A DNA stretch of 49,442 bases. Source: a virus. The position numbers were made by a program, and so were the translations under genes. Location: positions 1-49,442 of the IMG/VR virus record IMGVR_UViG_3300010167_000030, one strand, 5' to 3'. Positions 1 to 7,247 of the stretch are shown here, piece by piece (within the stretch, counting starts at the first letter, position 1; each line of letters opens with the position of its first letter). A model generated the notes under the pieces. That model worked only from the letters and a program-made list of their open reading frames with translations. It searched no databases and had not been told where the DNA came from.

Positions 1-48
1 GGTTTCCTAAACCGTGCGTCGGATGTTCGAATCATCTCGGGGGTACCA
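1..48 (+). tRNA. Partial tRNA gene (3' part, Arg-CCU type) = probable att core
   Basis: GGT|TTCCTAA|ACCGT gives anticodon loop U-U-CCU-A-A. Variable region GCGTC, T-arm GGATG-TTCGAAT-CATCT, acceptor 3' strand CGGGGGT, then A and CCA. The 5' half lies outside the window or is absent. Confidence 0.65.
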
Positions 49-54
49 TCAAAA

Positions 55-98
55 ATCCTTGTAATCATGCAAATTCAAACGATTACGGGGATTTTTTC
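55..98 (+). terminator. Rho-independent terminator of the tRNA fragment (inside the terminal repeat)
   Basis: Stem ATCCTTGTAATC (55-66) pairs with GATTACGGGGAT (81-92), including two U-G pairs. A T6 run follows at 93-98. Confidence 0.6.
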
Positions 99-120
99 TT
101 TTATTCTAAATGGTTATATT

Positions 121-190
121 TACCAACGTTTTATCCTTTTTACTCCTTTTTTATCGATTTTTATTCTTTAATTGGTATAACTTTGGTATA
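121..190 (+). promoter_or_regulatory. Putative integrase arm-type binding sites (P' side)
   Basis: TTGGTATA at 172-179 and 183-190 (11-bp phasing), plus inverted TACCAA at 121-126. The same octamer pair occurs on the other side of the att core (49249-49266). Confidence 0.45.
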
Positions 191-196
191 TTTTTA

Positions 197-225
197 TTGA
201 CGAATTACAGCTAATTTGCTATAGT
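197..225 (+). promoter_or_regulatory. Canonical sigma-A-type promoter upstream of int
   Basis: TTGACG (197-202), 17-nt spacer ending in TGc (extended -10), then TATAGT (220-225). Confidence 0.6.
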
Positions 226-269
226 TAGCGTATGGAATGTTATATTTTTAATACGAATGGGGTAGTATA

Positions 270-1445
270 ATGACACAAAACACGACAAGGAAAAAGAGAA
301 ATTATGGGGAAGGTTCTATATATTTTGCCGAAGCTAATAATAAATGGGTAGCGAAATACAAGCCGGAAGGATGGTCGAAACCCAAAATATTTTACGCTAC
401 CACAGAAACAGAAGTAAGGAGGAAACTAAAACAATTTAAAAAAGAATCATCAAAGCAAACACTCATTGAGATTCAGAAAATGCCGGTAAAAGAATATATG
501 GATGATTGGCTTACTAAGGTAAAAACACTCGAATTAAAACCAAAAAGTTATGACCGTCTTGAGGATACCCTTAAAAACCAAATCTATCCGACATTGGGAG
601 ACATCCAGATTCATGCTTTAACCCCAGATGATATTCAGGGATTAATTAAGCATTTGCTGGATGAGGGATATTCGTATTCCACAATAAAAAAGACATATGA
701 GGCCTTCGATGGTTGCTTCAAATTGGGCGTCGAGAAAGGGGACTTGAGTGGTAACCCTGCTACTGGCGTTAAGTTACCGACAAAGATTAAAATCTCGAAG
801 AAAGCACGAAGTAAAAAGATTCGATTTTTTTCAGACGAGGAAGTTAAAGCCATTTATAATGAGTGCCTCATAGAATACAAGCATGGAAAGCGTGGATATC
901 GCCTTAGCCAGGCTTTAATAATACTATTGTATACGGGAATCCGGATAGGCGAATTACTTGGATTAAAGTGGGAACACGTCGATTTTGACAATAAAACCAT
1001 TGAGATCGTCGAAAGCGTAGTGCTAGTGCGTGCGAGAAAAGATGAAAAGACGAAGTATATTTTGCATGAGCAGGACGATACAAAAACCGAGGCAGGCGAC
1101 GGACGTGTCATACCGTTGAATAAAAAGGCCATGGCAGCGCTCCAGCAATTACATGATATTAACGGCAAATGGGATTATGTGGCGGCCAATACTAACGGGA
1201 CCGTAGTACGTCCAAGGAATTTTGATAGGATGATACGTAACATATTGAAAAAATGTGAAATAGAGCCATGTGGAGCTCATGTTTTCCGTCATACTTTTGC
1301 CAGTATGCTATTTAAGAAAGGCATCGATGTTAAATATGTCTCAGAACTACTGGGCCATGCTTCCATCGAGATTACATACGATACTTATATTCATCTTATC
1401 GAAGCGCAAAAGAAACAGATAATTGCGATACTGGATGAACTTTAA
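270..1445 (+). CDS. int: Tyrosine recombinase (phage integrase)
   Basis: 391 aa. Catalytic-domain signatures: TGIRIGELLGLKW (Arg), HVFRHTFAS (H-x-x-R), LLGHASIEITYDTYIH (His and nucleophile Tyr). Adjacent to the tRNA-derived att repeat. Confidence 0.92.
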   Translation: MTQNTTRKKRNYGEGSIYFAEANNKWVAKYKPEGWSKPKIFYATTETEVRRKLKQFKKESSKQTLIEIQKMPVKEYMDDWLTKVKTLELKPKSYDRLEDTLKNQIYPTLGDIQIHALTPDDIQGLIKHLLDEGYSYSTIKKTYEAFDGCFKLGVEKGDLSGNPATGVKLPTKIKISKKARSKKIRFFSDEEVKAIYNECLIEYKHGKRGYRLSQALIILLYTGIRIGELLGLKWEHVDFDNKTIEIVESVVLVRARKDEKTKYILHEQDDTKTEAGDGRVIPLNKKAMAALQQLHDINGKWDYVAANTNGTVVRPRNFDRMIRNILKKCEIEPCGAHVFRHTFASMLFKKGIDVKYVSELLGHASIEITYDTYIHLIEAQKKQIIAILDEL

Positions 1446-1565
1446 TTTTACATTCTATTTTGTTTTTCCATTTTACTTTTTCTAACCTAGATTAGGCAGG
1501 AAAGGTTTTCTGCAATTTTTATATTTTAGGTACGCAGGTGACAATAATATGTGTTATTGTGTTAG

Positions 1566-1595
1566 TGCGTGAAAATTACATATTCTTTAATGAAG
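1566..1595 (+). promoter_or_regulatory. Phage promoter-like motif copy P0a (CGTG variant)
   Basis: CGTG-AAAATT-ACA-TATTC-TTTAAT-GAAG, in the same register as the other copies. Confidence 0.5.
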
Positions 1596-1625
1596 AAGAT
1601 ACGATTTCGGTCTTCTTTTTATTTT

Positions 1626-1655
1626 TTCGCGAAATAAACAGCTTCTTTAATGGAA
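1626..1655 (+). promoter_or_regulatory. Phage promoter-like motif copy P0b
   Basis: CGCG(1628)-AAATAA-ACA-GCTTC-TTTAAT-GGAA. Confidence 0.5.
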
Positions 1656-1687
1656 ACATAAAATTTTTCTTGAAAGGAGAGAATGAA

Positions 1688-2050
1688 ATGAATGAAGAGG
1701 GTACTAGAAACTTATTGAAGGAGGAAATAGAGACGAAATTTCTTAGGTTGCTCCATCTTGAATCTGGATCAAAAGAGGAAAAAGGGGCGATAGACGATTT
1801 AATAGTTTTATACAGGCTAAAAATCGACGAAGATAAAGTTAAGCTAGAGGATCAATTTAAGAAAGATCAATTATCGGAACAAAAAAAGGATCGATATTTT
1901 AGAACTGCGATAGAGGCGGTTGGAATTGTCTCATCATTGATATTTTATGCTGTCTGGATGACAAGGGGATTTAGATTTGAGGAAACTGGATCTTATACCT
2001 CAGCAACGTTTAAAGGATTTTGGAGTCATTTTAGACCAACAAGAAGGTAA
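1688..2050 (+). CDS. Hypothetical protein, coiled-coil with C-terminal TM helix
   Basis: ATG at 1688 lies 6 nt after AAAGGAGAG. The ORF-track start (1538) would run through two promoter-motif copies. Hydrophobic segment AIEAVGIVSSLIFYAVWM. Confidence 0.6.
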   Translation: MNEEGTRNLLKEEIETKFLRLLHLESGSKEEKGAIDDLIVLYRLKIDEDKVKLEDQFKKDQLSEQKKDRYFRTAIEAVGIVSSLIFYAVWMTRGFRFEETGSYTSATFKGFWSHFRPTRR

Positions 2051-2065
2051 TATGGTTTACGGATG

Positions 2066-2096
2066 AAGAGTCTTAACAAAGGCTCTTTATTTTTTA
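2066..2096 (+). terminator. Rho-independent terminator
   Basis: Stem AAGAGTC/GGCTCTT (7 bp, one U-G), 8-nt loop, then a T-rich tail. Confidence 0.55.
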
Positions 2097-2108
2097 TTTG
2101 GAGTTTTT

Positions 2109-2468
2109 ATGCGCTACCACTATGAAAAACCAACAATCTATTTATCGATGTACGGACAATTTTATATTTGCGATCATCCGGCCTATGACTGCTGTACTCT
2201 GTTTCAAATAAATAGTAAAGGTTTAGCGGTGATACAGCAACGTTTTAATCCAGATAATAAAAGCACTTGGTGGAGCGAAATAGATTCCTGGATCATTGAT
2301 GATTTATATTTGCATCCAAGATTCAAGAAGTATTTCGATGAGCGTGCGGATACTTGCTTAAATGGTTTATATCCTACTGTTACAGTTAGACAAATTATGT
2401 GGGCTTTAAAGATGAAACCCATTCGCAGGGAACGATGGGAAACAGCCTTTGACAGAAGGGATATTTAA
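2109..2468 (+). CDS. Hypothetical protein
   Basis: 119-aa ORF with a GGAG upstream. No motif recognised. Confidence 0.6.
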   Translation: MRYHYEKPTIYLSMYGQFYICDHPAYDCCTLFQINSKGLAVIQQRFNPDNKSTWWSEIDSWIIDDLYLHPRFKKYFDERADTCLNGLYPTVTVRQIMWALKMKPIRRERWETAFDRRDI

Positions 2469-2480
2469 AAGGAGGTCGAA

Positions 2481-3125
2481 ATGACAAATAAGAAATTTTA
2501 TATTTTTAGTGGCGTTTCCGGTTTTGTGATCGGAATCGTTTTTACTATTATGACGTTTTCTATTTTTGACGTTAAAACCTCAAATGTTTTGCCGGAACTA
2601 AACCAAGACCAAACAATTGAGATATTTTCTAAAATTGGTTATGCCCACGATTTAGTCAATTTAGATGACCCATACGATTATTTCCCTGATATTCCATTAT
2701 GTTCAGAATTGCAGATATTTATTGGAGAAATGGCCGAACGATACGAAATAGACAAGTTTCTTATATTGGCGATCGCGCATGTGGAGACAGGAGGGACATA
2801 CAATACCGAATTGGTCGGCGGACCTAGCGATAAAGGAGTTTATTTTTACGGACTGATGCAAATTGATCCGGGTTGGTTGTCTTGGGGGAAGGAGCGAAAC
2901 GACGGACGAAAATTATATTTAATGGATCCATATGACAATATTCAATTAGGCACCATGATACTGAAATACTATCAGGACATGGCCCATGTTGGAACGGACT
3001 TGCATAAACTTGCGATGTGTTACAACGGAAATGAGGGATACGCTAGAGAGTTATGGGATAAAGGGATATTTGAAACGAAATACAGTCGCGCTGTTGTGGA
3101 TATTTATAATAAATTAAAGAATTAA
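2481..3125 (+). CDS. Membrane-anchored lytic transglycosylase (SLT-like)
   Basis: N-terminal TM helix (FYIFSGVSGFVIGIVFTIMTF). LAIAHVETGG...YGLMQI resembles the SLT catalytic-Glu and GLMQ motifs. Confidence 0.6.
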   Translation: MTNKKFYIFSGVSGFVIGIVFTIMTFSIFDVKTSNVLPELNQDQTIEIFSKIGYAHDLVNLDDPYDYFPDIPLCSELQIFIGEMAERYEIDKFLILAIAHVETGGTYNTELVGGPSDKGVYFYGLMQIDPGWLSWGKERNDGRKLYLMDPYDNIQLGTMILKYYQDMAHVGTDLHKLAMCYNGNEGYARELWDKGIFETKYSRAVVDIYNKLKN

Positions 3126-3149
3126 ATGTGAAAGGGAGAAAATGTTACC

Positions 3150-3569
3150 ATGGGAACAACAACACGCCCTGAATTATCCGGGAAGAATCAATACTGGATC
3201 GAGAAACACAGATATTATGAATTGAAACATTTTTGTCTCCAATACCCAATATGGGAGAAAGCTTATGAGGGTTTAGATGGCTTGAATAAGACTAAGGAGG
3301 GCCTGGATATTCTCAGCAAAACAAACAACATAACAGACTTAACATTTAAATGTGTTGAGGCTAAATTATTTTATTCTGAGAAAATGGACATGGTTAAGCA
3401 GGCGGCCATTGATACCAATCACATTCTATCAAGTTATATTTTAAAAGCGGTAACAGAAGGTCTTTCTTATGACCATCTGAAAAATAGAATGGGGGTCCCA
3501 TGTTGTAAGGGTATGTATTACGAATTATATAGACAATTTTTTTGGAACCTTAATAAACTACGACAATGA
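3150..3569 (+). CDS. Putative small transcription factor (RinA / sigma region-4-like)
   Basis: 139 aa. Layout is reminiscent of phage late activators: N-terminal YELKHFCLQYPIWEKAY and a C-terminal HTH-like GLSYDHLKNRMGVPCCKGMYYELYRQFF. Assignment from memory only. Confidence 0.4.
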   Translation: MGTTTRPELSGKNQYWIEKHRYYELKHFCLQYPIWEKAYEGLDGLNKTKEGLDILSKTNNITDLTFKCVEAKLFYSEKMDMVKQAAIDTNHILSSYILKAVTEGLSYDHLKNRMGVPCCKGMYYELYRQFFWNLNKLRQ

Positions 3570-3573
3570 TATT

Positions 3574-3603
3574 TGCGCGAAATTTACACGTTCTATAACG
3601 AAG
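3574..3603 (+). promoter_or_regulatory. Phage promoter-like motif copy P1
   Basis: CGCG(3576)-AAATTT-ACA-CGTTC-TATAAC-GAAG. Ends at the first base of the tRNA-like gene. Confidence 0.55.
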
Positions 3604-3674
3604 AGATAGTTAGCTCAACGGGAGAGCAACCGACTTGTAAAGGGTTGATACGGGTTCGATTCCTGTACTATTTC
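3604..3674 (+). tRNA. tRNA-like gene, Thr(UGU)-type anticodon loop, defective anticodon stem
   Basis: Acceptor AGATAGT/ACTATTT. D-arm GCTC-AACGGGA-GAGC. Anticodon loop CTTGTAA. T-arm ACGGG-TTCGATT-CCTGT. The anticodon stem ACCGA/AGGGT has only 3 pairs (G-G and A-A next to the loop). No encoded CCA. Confidence 0.6.
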
Positions 3675-3700
3675 TTTTATATTTTGAAAGGAGAGAGAAA

Positions 3701-4147
3701 ATGAAGAAGGATTTTCGCATTACGAAACACAACCCGAATACAATAAAAAACTTAATTGAAACCAGAGATCCAAAGGGGTTATTTTATTGCATCGAAACAA
3801 GAGAATGGGAGGGTAATAATGTTGGTTGGGAGGAAAAGGTATATGTTGCCGTCGATAACAGTACCGGAGATGCGTGGGTAGATGAATTTCCAGATTTGCG
3901 AAGTTGTAGACGATGGCTTTTAAGAAATGAAAAACAACCAAAACGACCTAAAAAACCAAAACCCAAGCCAAAGGCATTATATTTATGTGATCGTAAAGCT
4001 TGTTCAAAACCTTCAAGTCATTGCGGAGTTTATTGTTTTCATACATCAGATTTGAAACACGCAATCTCATTTGAAAAGGATGGCGCTTGGTATTTTGAAA
4101 GGAGAGAAAATCATGAAAACGATTCCATTTACAAGGGGGAATTATGA
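3701..4147 (+). CDS. Hypothetical protein (paralog set D, copy 1)
   Basis: Strong RBS. IETRDPKGLFYCIE...VAVDNSTGDAWVDEFPDLRSCRRWLL matches the next ORF. Lys/Pro-rich linker and Cys/His-rich C-terminus. Confidence 0.75.
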   Translation: MKKDFRITKHNPNTIKNLIETRDPKGLFYCIETREWEGNNVGWEEKVYVAVDNSTGDAWVDEFPDLRSCRRWLLRNEKQPKRPKKPKPKPKALYLCDRKACSKPSSHCGVYCFHTSDLKHAISFEKDGAWYFERRENHENDSIYKGEL

Positions 4148-4395
4148 GAGAAAAAGAGATTATTAAGCTAAGATTGGACGAAGCAAAAGACGTAATTGAA
4201 ACCAAAATTCCAAATGGTCTGTTTTATTGCATTGAGAAATTGGAGGATAAAAATATATATATTGCTATTGATAATAATAATGGCCATTTATGGATAGAGG
4301 AATTTCCAGATTTACGACGTTGCAAGCATTGGCTTATGAACGAAATAGGAAGCAGGTATTTTATTTATAGGTTAAAAGAAGATAGATGGAAATAG
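4144..4395 (+). CDS. Hypothetical protein (paralog set D, copy 2)
   Basis: ATGA overlap with the upstream gene. IETKIPNGLFYCIE...IAIDNNNGHLWIEEFPDLRRCKHWLM. Confidence 0.75.
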   Translation: MREKEIIKLRLDEAKDVIETKIPNGLFYCIEKLEDKNIYIAIDNNNGHLWIEEFPDLRRCKHWLMNEIGSRYFIYRLKEDRWK

Positions 4396-4646
4396 GAGGA
4401 AGTGATAATTTAAGAAAGGTGAGGATTAAGATGGAAGACGAAATTAAAATCAACGAAAAGACAATTAATATTTACGAGGCATACATTAAGGTTAATAGAT
4501 TATGTGATATTGTCGAAAAAGAATATTGCATGTCAAATGAAACGTGTCCGGCAATTAATGGAATCCGGATATGGATGAATGATATTCTCGCGTTCTTCGA
4601 AGCAAAGCCGAAAGAAACCGAAGAAATGAACTGGAAAGAGAGGTAA
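4386..4646 (+). CDS. Hypothetical protein
   Basis: ORF. The internal ATG at 4431 has the better RBS (AAGGTGAGG), so the true start may be 4431. Confidence 0.55.
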   Translation: MEIGGSDNLRKVRIKMEDEIKINEKTINIYEAYIKVNRLCDIVEKEYCMSNETCPAINGIRIWMNDILAFFEAKPKETEEMNWKER

Positions 4647-4650
4647 GAAA

Positions 4651-5367
4651 ATGTCGCTACGAAGATTAGTTATTAAAAATAGTCCATTTATATTTACCAG
4701 TTTGGCAACCATCGGAGTAGTCGTAACGGCGATATTTGCATCAAAAGATACGATTAAAAATTTCGAAGAAAATGAGAATCGCCGATTTCAAACATTAAAA
4801 TGTTATATTCCAACAATCACCATTGGCCTTATAACAATTTCTTGTATTATTAGCGCCCACGCGCTCAATAAAAAACAGCAAACTGCTCTTATTAGTGCTT
4901 ATATATTTTTAAATAAGGCGTACCAAGAGTATAAAAAGAAATCAAATGAGATATTTGGAGAAAACGCTAGCGACCAAATTCGAAATGAAGTAGTAAAAGA
5001 AAGGTATTTAAAATTAGATGAAAAAGAGGGAAATAATATTTGTAAGACGAACGAGAAAGAACTATTTTATGAAGAATATTACGGGAAATTTTTTGAACGT
5101 ACAAAAGAGGAGGTATTAAACGCCGAATGGCATTGTAATCGAGATTTTATATTAAAAGGATACGCTTCTTTAAACGATTTCTATGAGTATCTCGATCTTG
5201 AACCAACGGAGTTTGGCAACGTGGTAGGTTGGGGCATAGATGTCGGTCATGAGATTTATGGATATTCTTGGATAGACTTTAATCATGAATTAGTTACAAC
5301 TGCCGATAACGAATTAGAATACAATTTTATAACAATGACGTATCCGCCAACTACGAATTATATTTAG
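4651..5367 (+). CDS. Two-TM membrane protein (paralog set A, copy 1)
   Basis: Shares NSPFIF plus TM1 plus K-D/A-T, TM2, N..AL.SAY...EY and C-terminal LNDFYEYLDLEPTEFGNVVGWG with 6104-6931 and 9208-10161. Confidence 0.8.
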   Translation: MSLRRLVIKNSPFIFTSLATIGVVVTAIFASKDTIKNFEENENRRFQTLKCYIPTITIGLITISCIISAHALNKKQQTALISAYIFLNKAYQEYKKKSNEIFGENASDQIRNEVVKERYLKLDEKEGNNICKTNEKELFYEEYYGKFFERTKEEVLNAEWHCNRDFILKGYASLNDFYEYLDLEPTEFGNVVGWGIDVGHEIYGYSWIDFNHELVTTADNELEYNFITMTYPPTTNYI

Positions 5368-5370
5368 TCT

Positions 5371-5400
5371 TGCGCGAATTAAACACGTTCTGTAATGAAA
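5371..5400 (+). promoter_or_regulatory. Phage promoter-like motif copy P2
   Basis: CGCG(5373)-AATTAA-ACA-CGTTC-TGTAAT-GAAA. Confidence 0.55.
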
Positions 5401-5414
5401 GGATGTGATATTTT

Positions 5415-5675
5415 ATGACAAAAGATGCGCAGAAAAAAAAGATTAAAGAAATTTTAGATGAATTAACTGAAATTGAATTAGAGATTCATCGATCAGCGGC
5501 GCAACTCGGTCAATGTATTGTTAATATTAATGAATGCTTAAAAATTGATGATATTGATGCCGCATTACTATATTATCGAGTAAATTGCAAGCTTCGATTG
5601 AATTACAAATTCGTTAAAGAAAATCTTGAAGAAAAAGAATCGAAAATCTGGGAAAAAATTTATGAAGTATACTAA
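5415..5675 (+). CDS. Hypothetical 86-aa helical protein (paralog set B, copy 1)
   Basis: Aligns by eye with 6947-7198 (ILDELTEIELEIHR..LGQCIVNINECLKIDDIDAALLYY versus ILKKVANILINLHK..MDACIVAINNSIVINNVDTITKFY). Confidence 0.75.
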   Translation: MTKDAQKKKIKEILDELTEIELEIHRSAAQLGQCIVNINECLKIDDIDAALLYYRVNCKLRLNYKFVKENLEEKESKIWEKIYEVY

Positions 5676-5686
5676 ATTCAATCAAT

Positions 5687-5716
5687 AAAGAGTTTGATAA
5701 AAACTCTTTATTTTTT
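5687..5716 (+). terminator. Rho-independent terminator
   Basis: AAAGAGTTT-GATAA-AAACTCTTT (9-bp perfect stem) followed by ATTTTTT. Confidence 0.8.
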
Positions 5717-5718
5717 CT

Positions 5719-5748
5719 TACGCGAAAAAAACATACTCTATAATGAAC
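5719..5748 (+). promoter_or_regulatory. Phage promoter-like motif copy P3
   Basis: CGCG(5721)-AAAAAA-ACA-TACTC-TATAAT-GAAC. Directly precedes the 108-nt structured RNA. Confidence 0.6.
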
Positions 5749-5856
5749 AACAGTAGAAGCTTAATGCTTAGGAAGAATTCACCGATGAATAGAGAATTAC
5801 TCTATCGACCATTCGGTGATGGGGTTCGAGTCCCCACGTTAGATGCTTATACTGTT
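5749..5856 (+). ncRNA. Structured tRNA-like RNA (canonical T-arm, non-cloverleaf body)
   Basis: Perfect T-arm TGGGG-TTCGAGT-CCCCA (5820-5836). A 10-bp terminal stem pairs CAGTAGAAGC (5751-5760) with GCTTATACTG (5845-5854). A 41-nt extended arm (5779-5819) has TCACCGA/TCGGTGA and TAGAG-AATTA-CTCTA. Bracketed by promoter copy P3 and a T-run. I could not fold it as a standard tRNA. Confidence 0.5.
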
Positions 5857-5861
5857 TATTT

Positions 5862-5891
5862 TTCGCGCTATTTACAATGTCTGTAATGAAG
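5862..5891 (+). promoter_or_regulatory. Phage promoter-like motif copy P4
   Basis: CGCG(5864)-CTATTT-ACA-ATGTC-TGTAAT-GAAG. Confidence 0.55.
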
Positions 5892-5904
5892 GGAGTGATA
5901 TTTT

Positions 5905-6045
5905 ATGAATAATGAGAAAGCGATTGTATTTATTGGGTTAGCTGTTAGTTTTATATCAACATTAATAATTGGTTGGACTAACGGTCGATTAACGAAAATG
6001 GCAGTCACAAAATTAGTAGAAGAAGCACTTGCAAAAAGAAATTAA
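5905..6045 (+). CDS. Small (46-aa) single-TM peptide
   Basis: Not in the ORF track (<60 aa). MNNEKAIVFIGLAVSFISTLIIGWTNGRL.... Has the shared GGGAGTGATATTTTATG leader and is followed by a terminator. Confidence 0.5.
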   Translation: MNNEKAIVFIGLAVSFISTLIIGWTNGRLTKMAVTKLVEEALAKRN

Positions 6046-6056
6046 AAACGGAGAAG

Positions 6057-6078
6057 GACTCTTAATAAGAGTCTTTTT
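6057..6078 (+). terminator. Rho-independent terminator
   Basis: GACTCTT-AAT-AAGAGTC followed by TTTTT. Confidence 0.7.
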
Positions 6079-6103
6079 CTTTATATTTTTGAAAGGAGAA
6101 ACA

Positions 6104-6931
6104 ATGAATACGTTAATTCTGGATAGATTTATGAGAAATATTCAGAGAGTCACCAATAAATACAGTCCTGAAATCCTATCTGGAATCGGGATCGCAGGTA
6201 TGATAACGACAACTATTTTAGCCGTTAAGGCAACTCCTAAAGCTCTAAGATTATTAGAAGAGGCTGAAAAAAGATATTTAGATTCTTCGACGTCCAAAGC
6301 ATCTAAAGGCGAATTGGTAGATAGCAAAGGAAAGGAGATCCCGATATTTAAGCCGTTAGAAAAGGTTAAAATAGTTTATACATGTTATATTCCATCCGTC
6401 GTTATTGGTTTTCTGTCTATATTTTGCCTTGTTGGTGCGAGTTCCGTAAACCTACGGAGAAACGCAGCGTTAGCAACCGCATATACGCTCTCTGAATCGG
6501 CTCTACGAGAGTATCAGGAGAAAGTTATTGAGACGATTGGCAGCAAAAAGGAGCAGGCAATCAAAGATGATATTGCTAAAGATAGAATCGATAAAAATCC
6601 CGTAACAAGCAGGGAAATAATCATTACAGAGAAAGGGAATACATTATGCTATGACGTCATTTCCGGAAGATATTTCAAATCTGATATGGATAAAATCAAA
6701 AAAGCTGAAAATCAACTTAATCTACAGTTGCGATACGATATGTTTATATCCTTGAACGAGTTTTATGACGAAATAGGTTTACATCCAACAAGCCTAGGTG
6801 ATCAACTTGGATGGACAATTGATGATGGATATATTGAATTGAAATTCAGTTCAGCGTTGACGGATAGCGGAAGTCCGTGCCTGGTTATTGACTATAGAGT
6901 TGCTCCGAGGTACGACTATAAAAACGGATAA
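6104..6931 (+). CDS. Two-TM membrane protein (paralog set A, copy 2)
   Basis: ATG at 6104 follows GAAAGGAGAAACA. The ORF-track start 6029 would read through the terminator at 6057-6078. KYSPEILSGIGIAGMITTTILAVKAT...LNEFYDEIGLHPTSLGDQLGWT. Confidence 0.8.
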   Translation: MNTLILDRFMRNIQRVTNKYSPEILSGIGIAGMITTTILAVKATPKALRLLEEAEKRYLDSSTSKASKGELVDSKGKEIPIFKPLEKVKIVYTCYIPSVVIGFLSIFCLVGASSVNLRRNAALATAYTLSESALREYQEKVIETIGSKKEQAIKDDIAKDRIDKNPVTSREIIITEKGNTLCYDVISGRYFKSDMDKIKKAENQLNLQLRYDMFISLNEFYDEIGLHPTSLGDQLGWTIDDGYIELKFSSALTDSGSPCLVIDYRVAPRYDYKNG

Positions 6932-6946
6932 GGAGGTGTGATATTT

Positions 6947-7198
6947 ATGATGGAAAATTCTCAAAAAATTGAAGAAATCTTAAAAAAAGTAGCTAATATC
7001 CTTATAAACTTGCATAAACTTTACAATCAAATGGATGCCTGTATTGTGGCCATTAATAATTCTATAGTAATAAATAATGTTGATACCATAACAAAGTTTT
7101 ATGAATCGACTACTCCATATAATCGAAATTGGAAGAAATTAGTGGTAGAAATCAACGACCAACTCGAAGAACTTTATGGGGCGATCAAAAGTATATAA
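6947..7198 (+). CDS. Hypothetical helical protein (paralog set B, copy 2)
   Basis: ATG lies 10 nt after AAGGAGG. Paralog of 5415-5675. Confidence 0.75.
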   Translation: MMENSQKIEEILKKVANILINLHKLYNQMDACIVAINNSIVINNVDTITKFYESTTPYNRNWKKLVVEINDQLEELYGAIKSI

Positions 7199-7247
7199 AA
7201 AATGTGATGTTTAAAGAAAAAGCAAAACGGATAAGGAGGTGATATTT

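Larger units (their letters stand above)
1..123. repeat. Terminal direct repeat, left copy (exact identity with 49320..49442)
   Basis: Read directly: bases 1-123 recur base-for-base at 49320-49442. The window is therefore one 49,319-bp unit plus overlap (circular closure or DTR), or a prophage cut at attL/attR. Confidence 0.95.

Noticed and set aside
1538-1687. N-terminal extension of the ORF at 1538-2050, and similarly 6029-6103 of the ORF at 6029-6931.
   Set aside because: The extensions run through promoter-motif copies (1566, 1626) or an intrinsic terminator (6057-6078). In both cases a downstream ATG has a strong, well-spaced SD.
2091-2105. TTTTATTTGGAG recurring at 2091, 26377 and 32208 as a possible regulatory word.
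   Set aside because: Each instance is adequately explained as a terminator T-run or AT-rich spacer running into a GGAG Shine-Dalgarno. Three short copies are too few to call.
3604-5856. The phage tRNA-like genes as amber suppressors enabling TAG read-through or an alternative genetic code.
   Set aside because: Neither RNA presents a CUA anticodon in a loop. TAG, TAA and TGA all terminate well-supported genes at sensible positions, and ORFs are continuous under the standard code.
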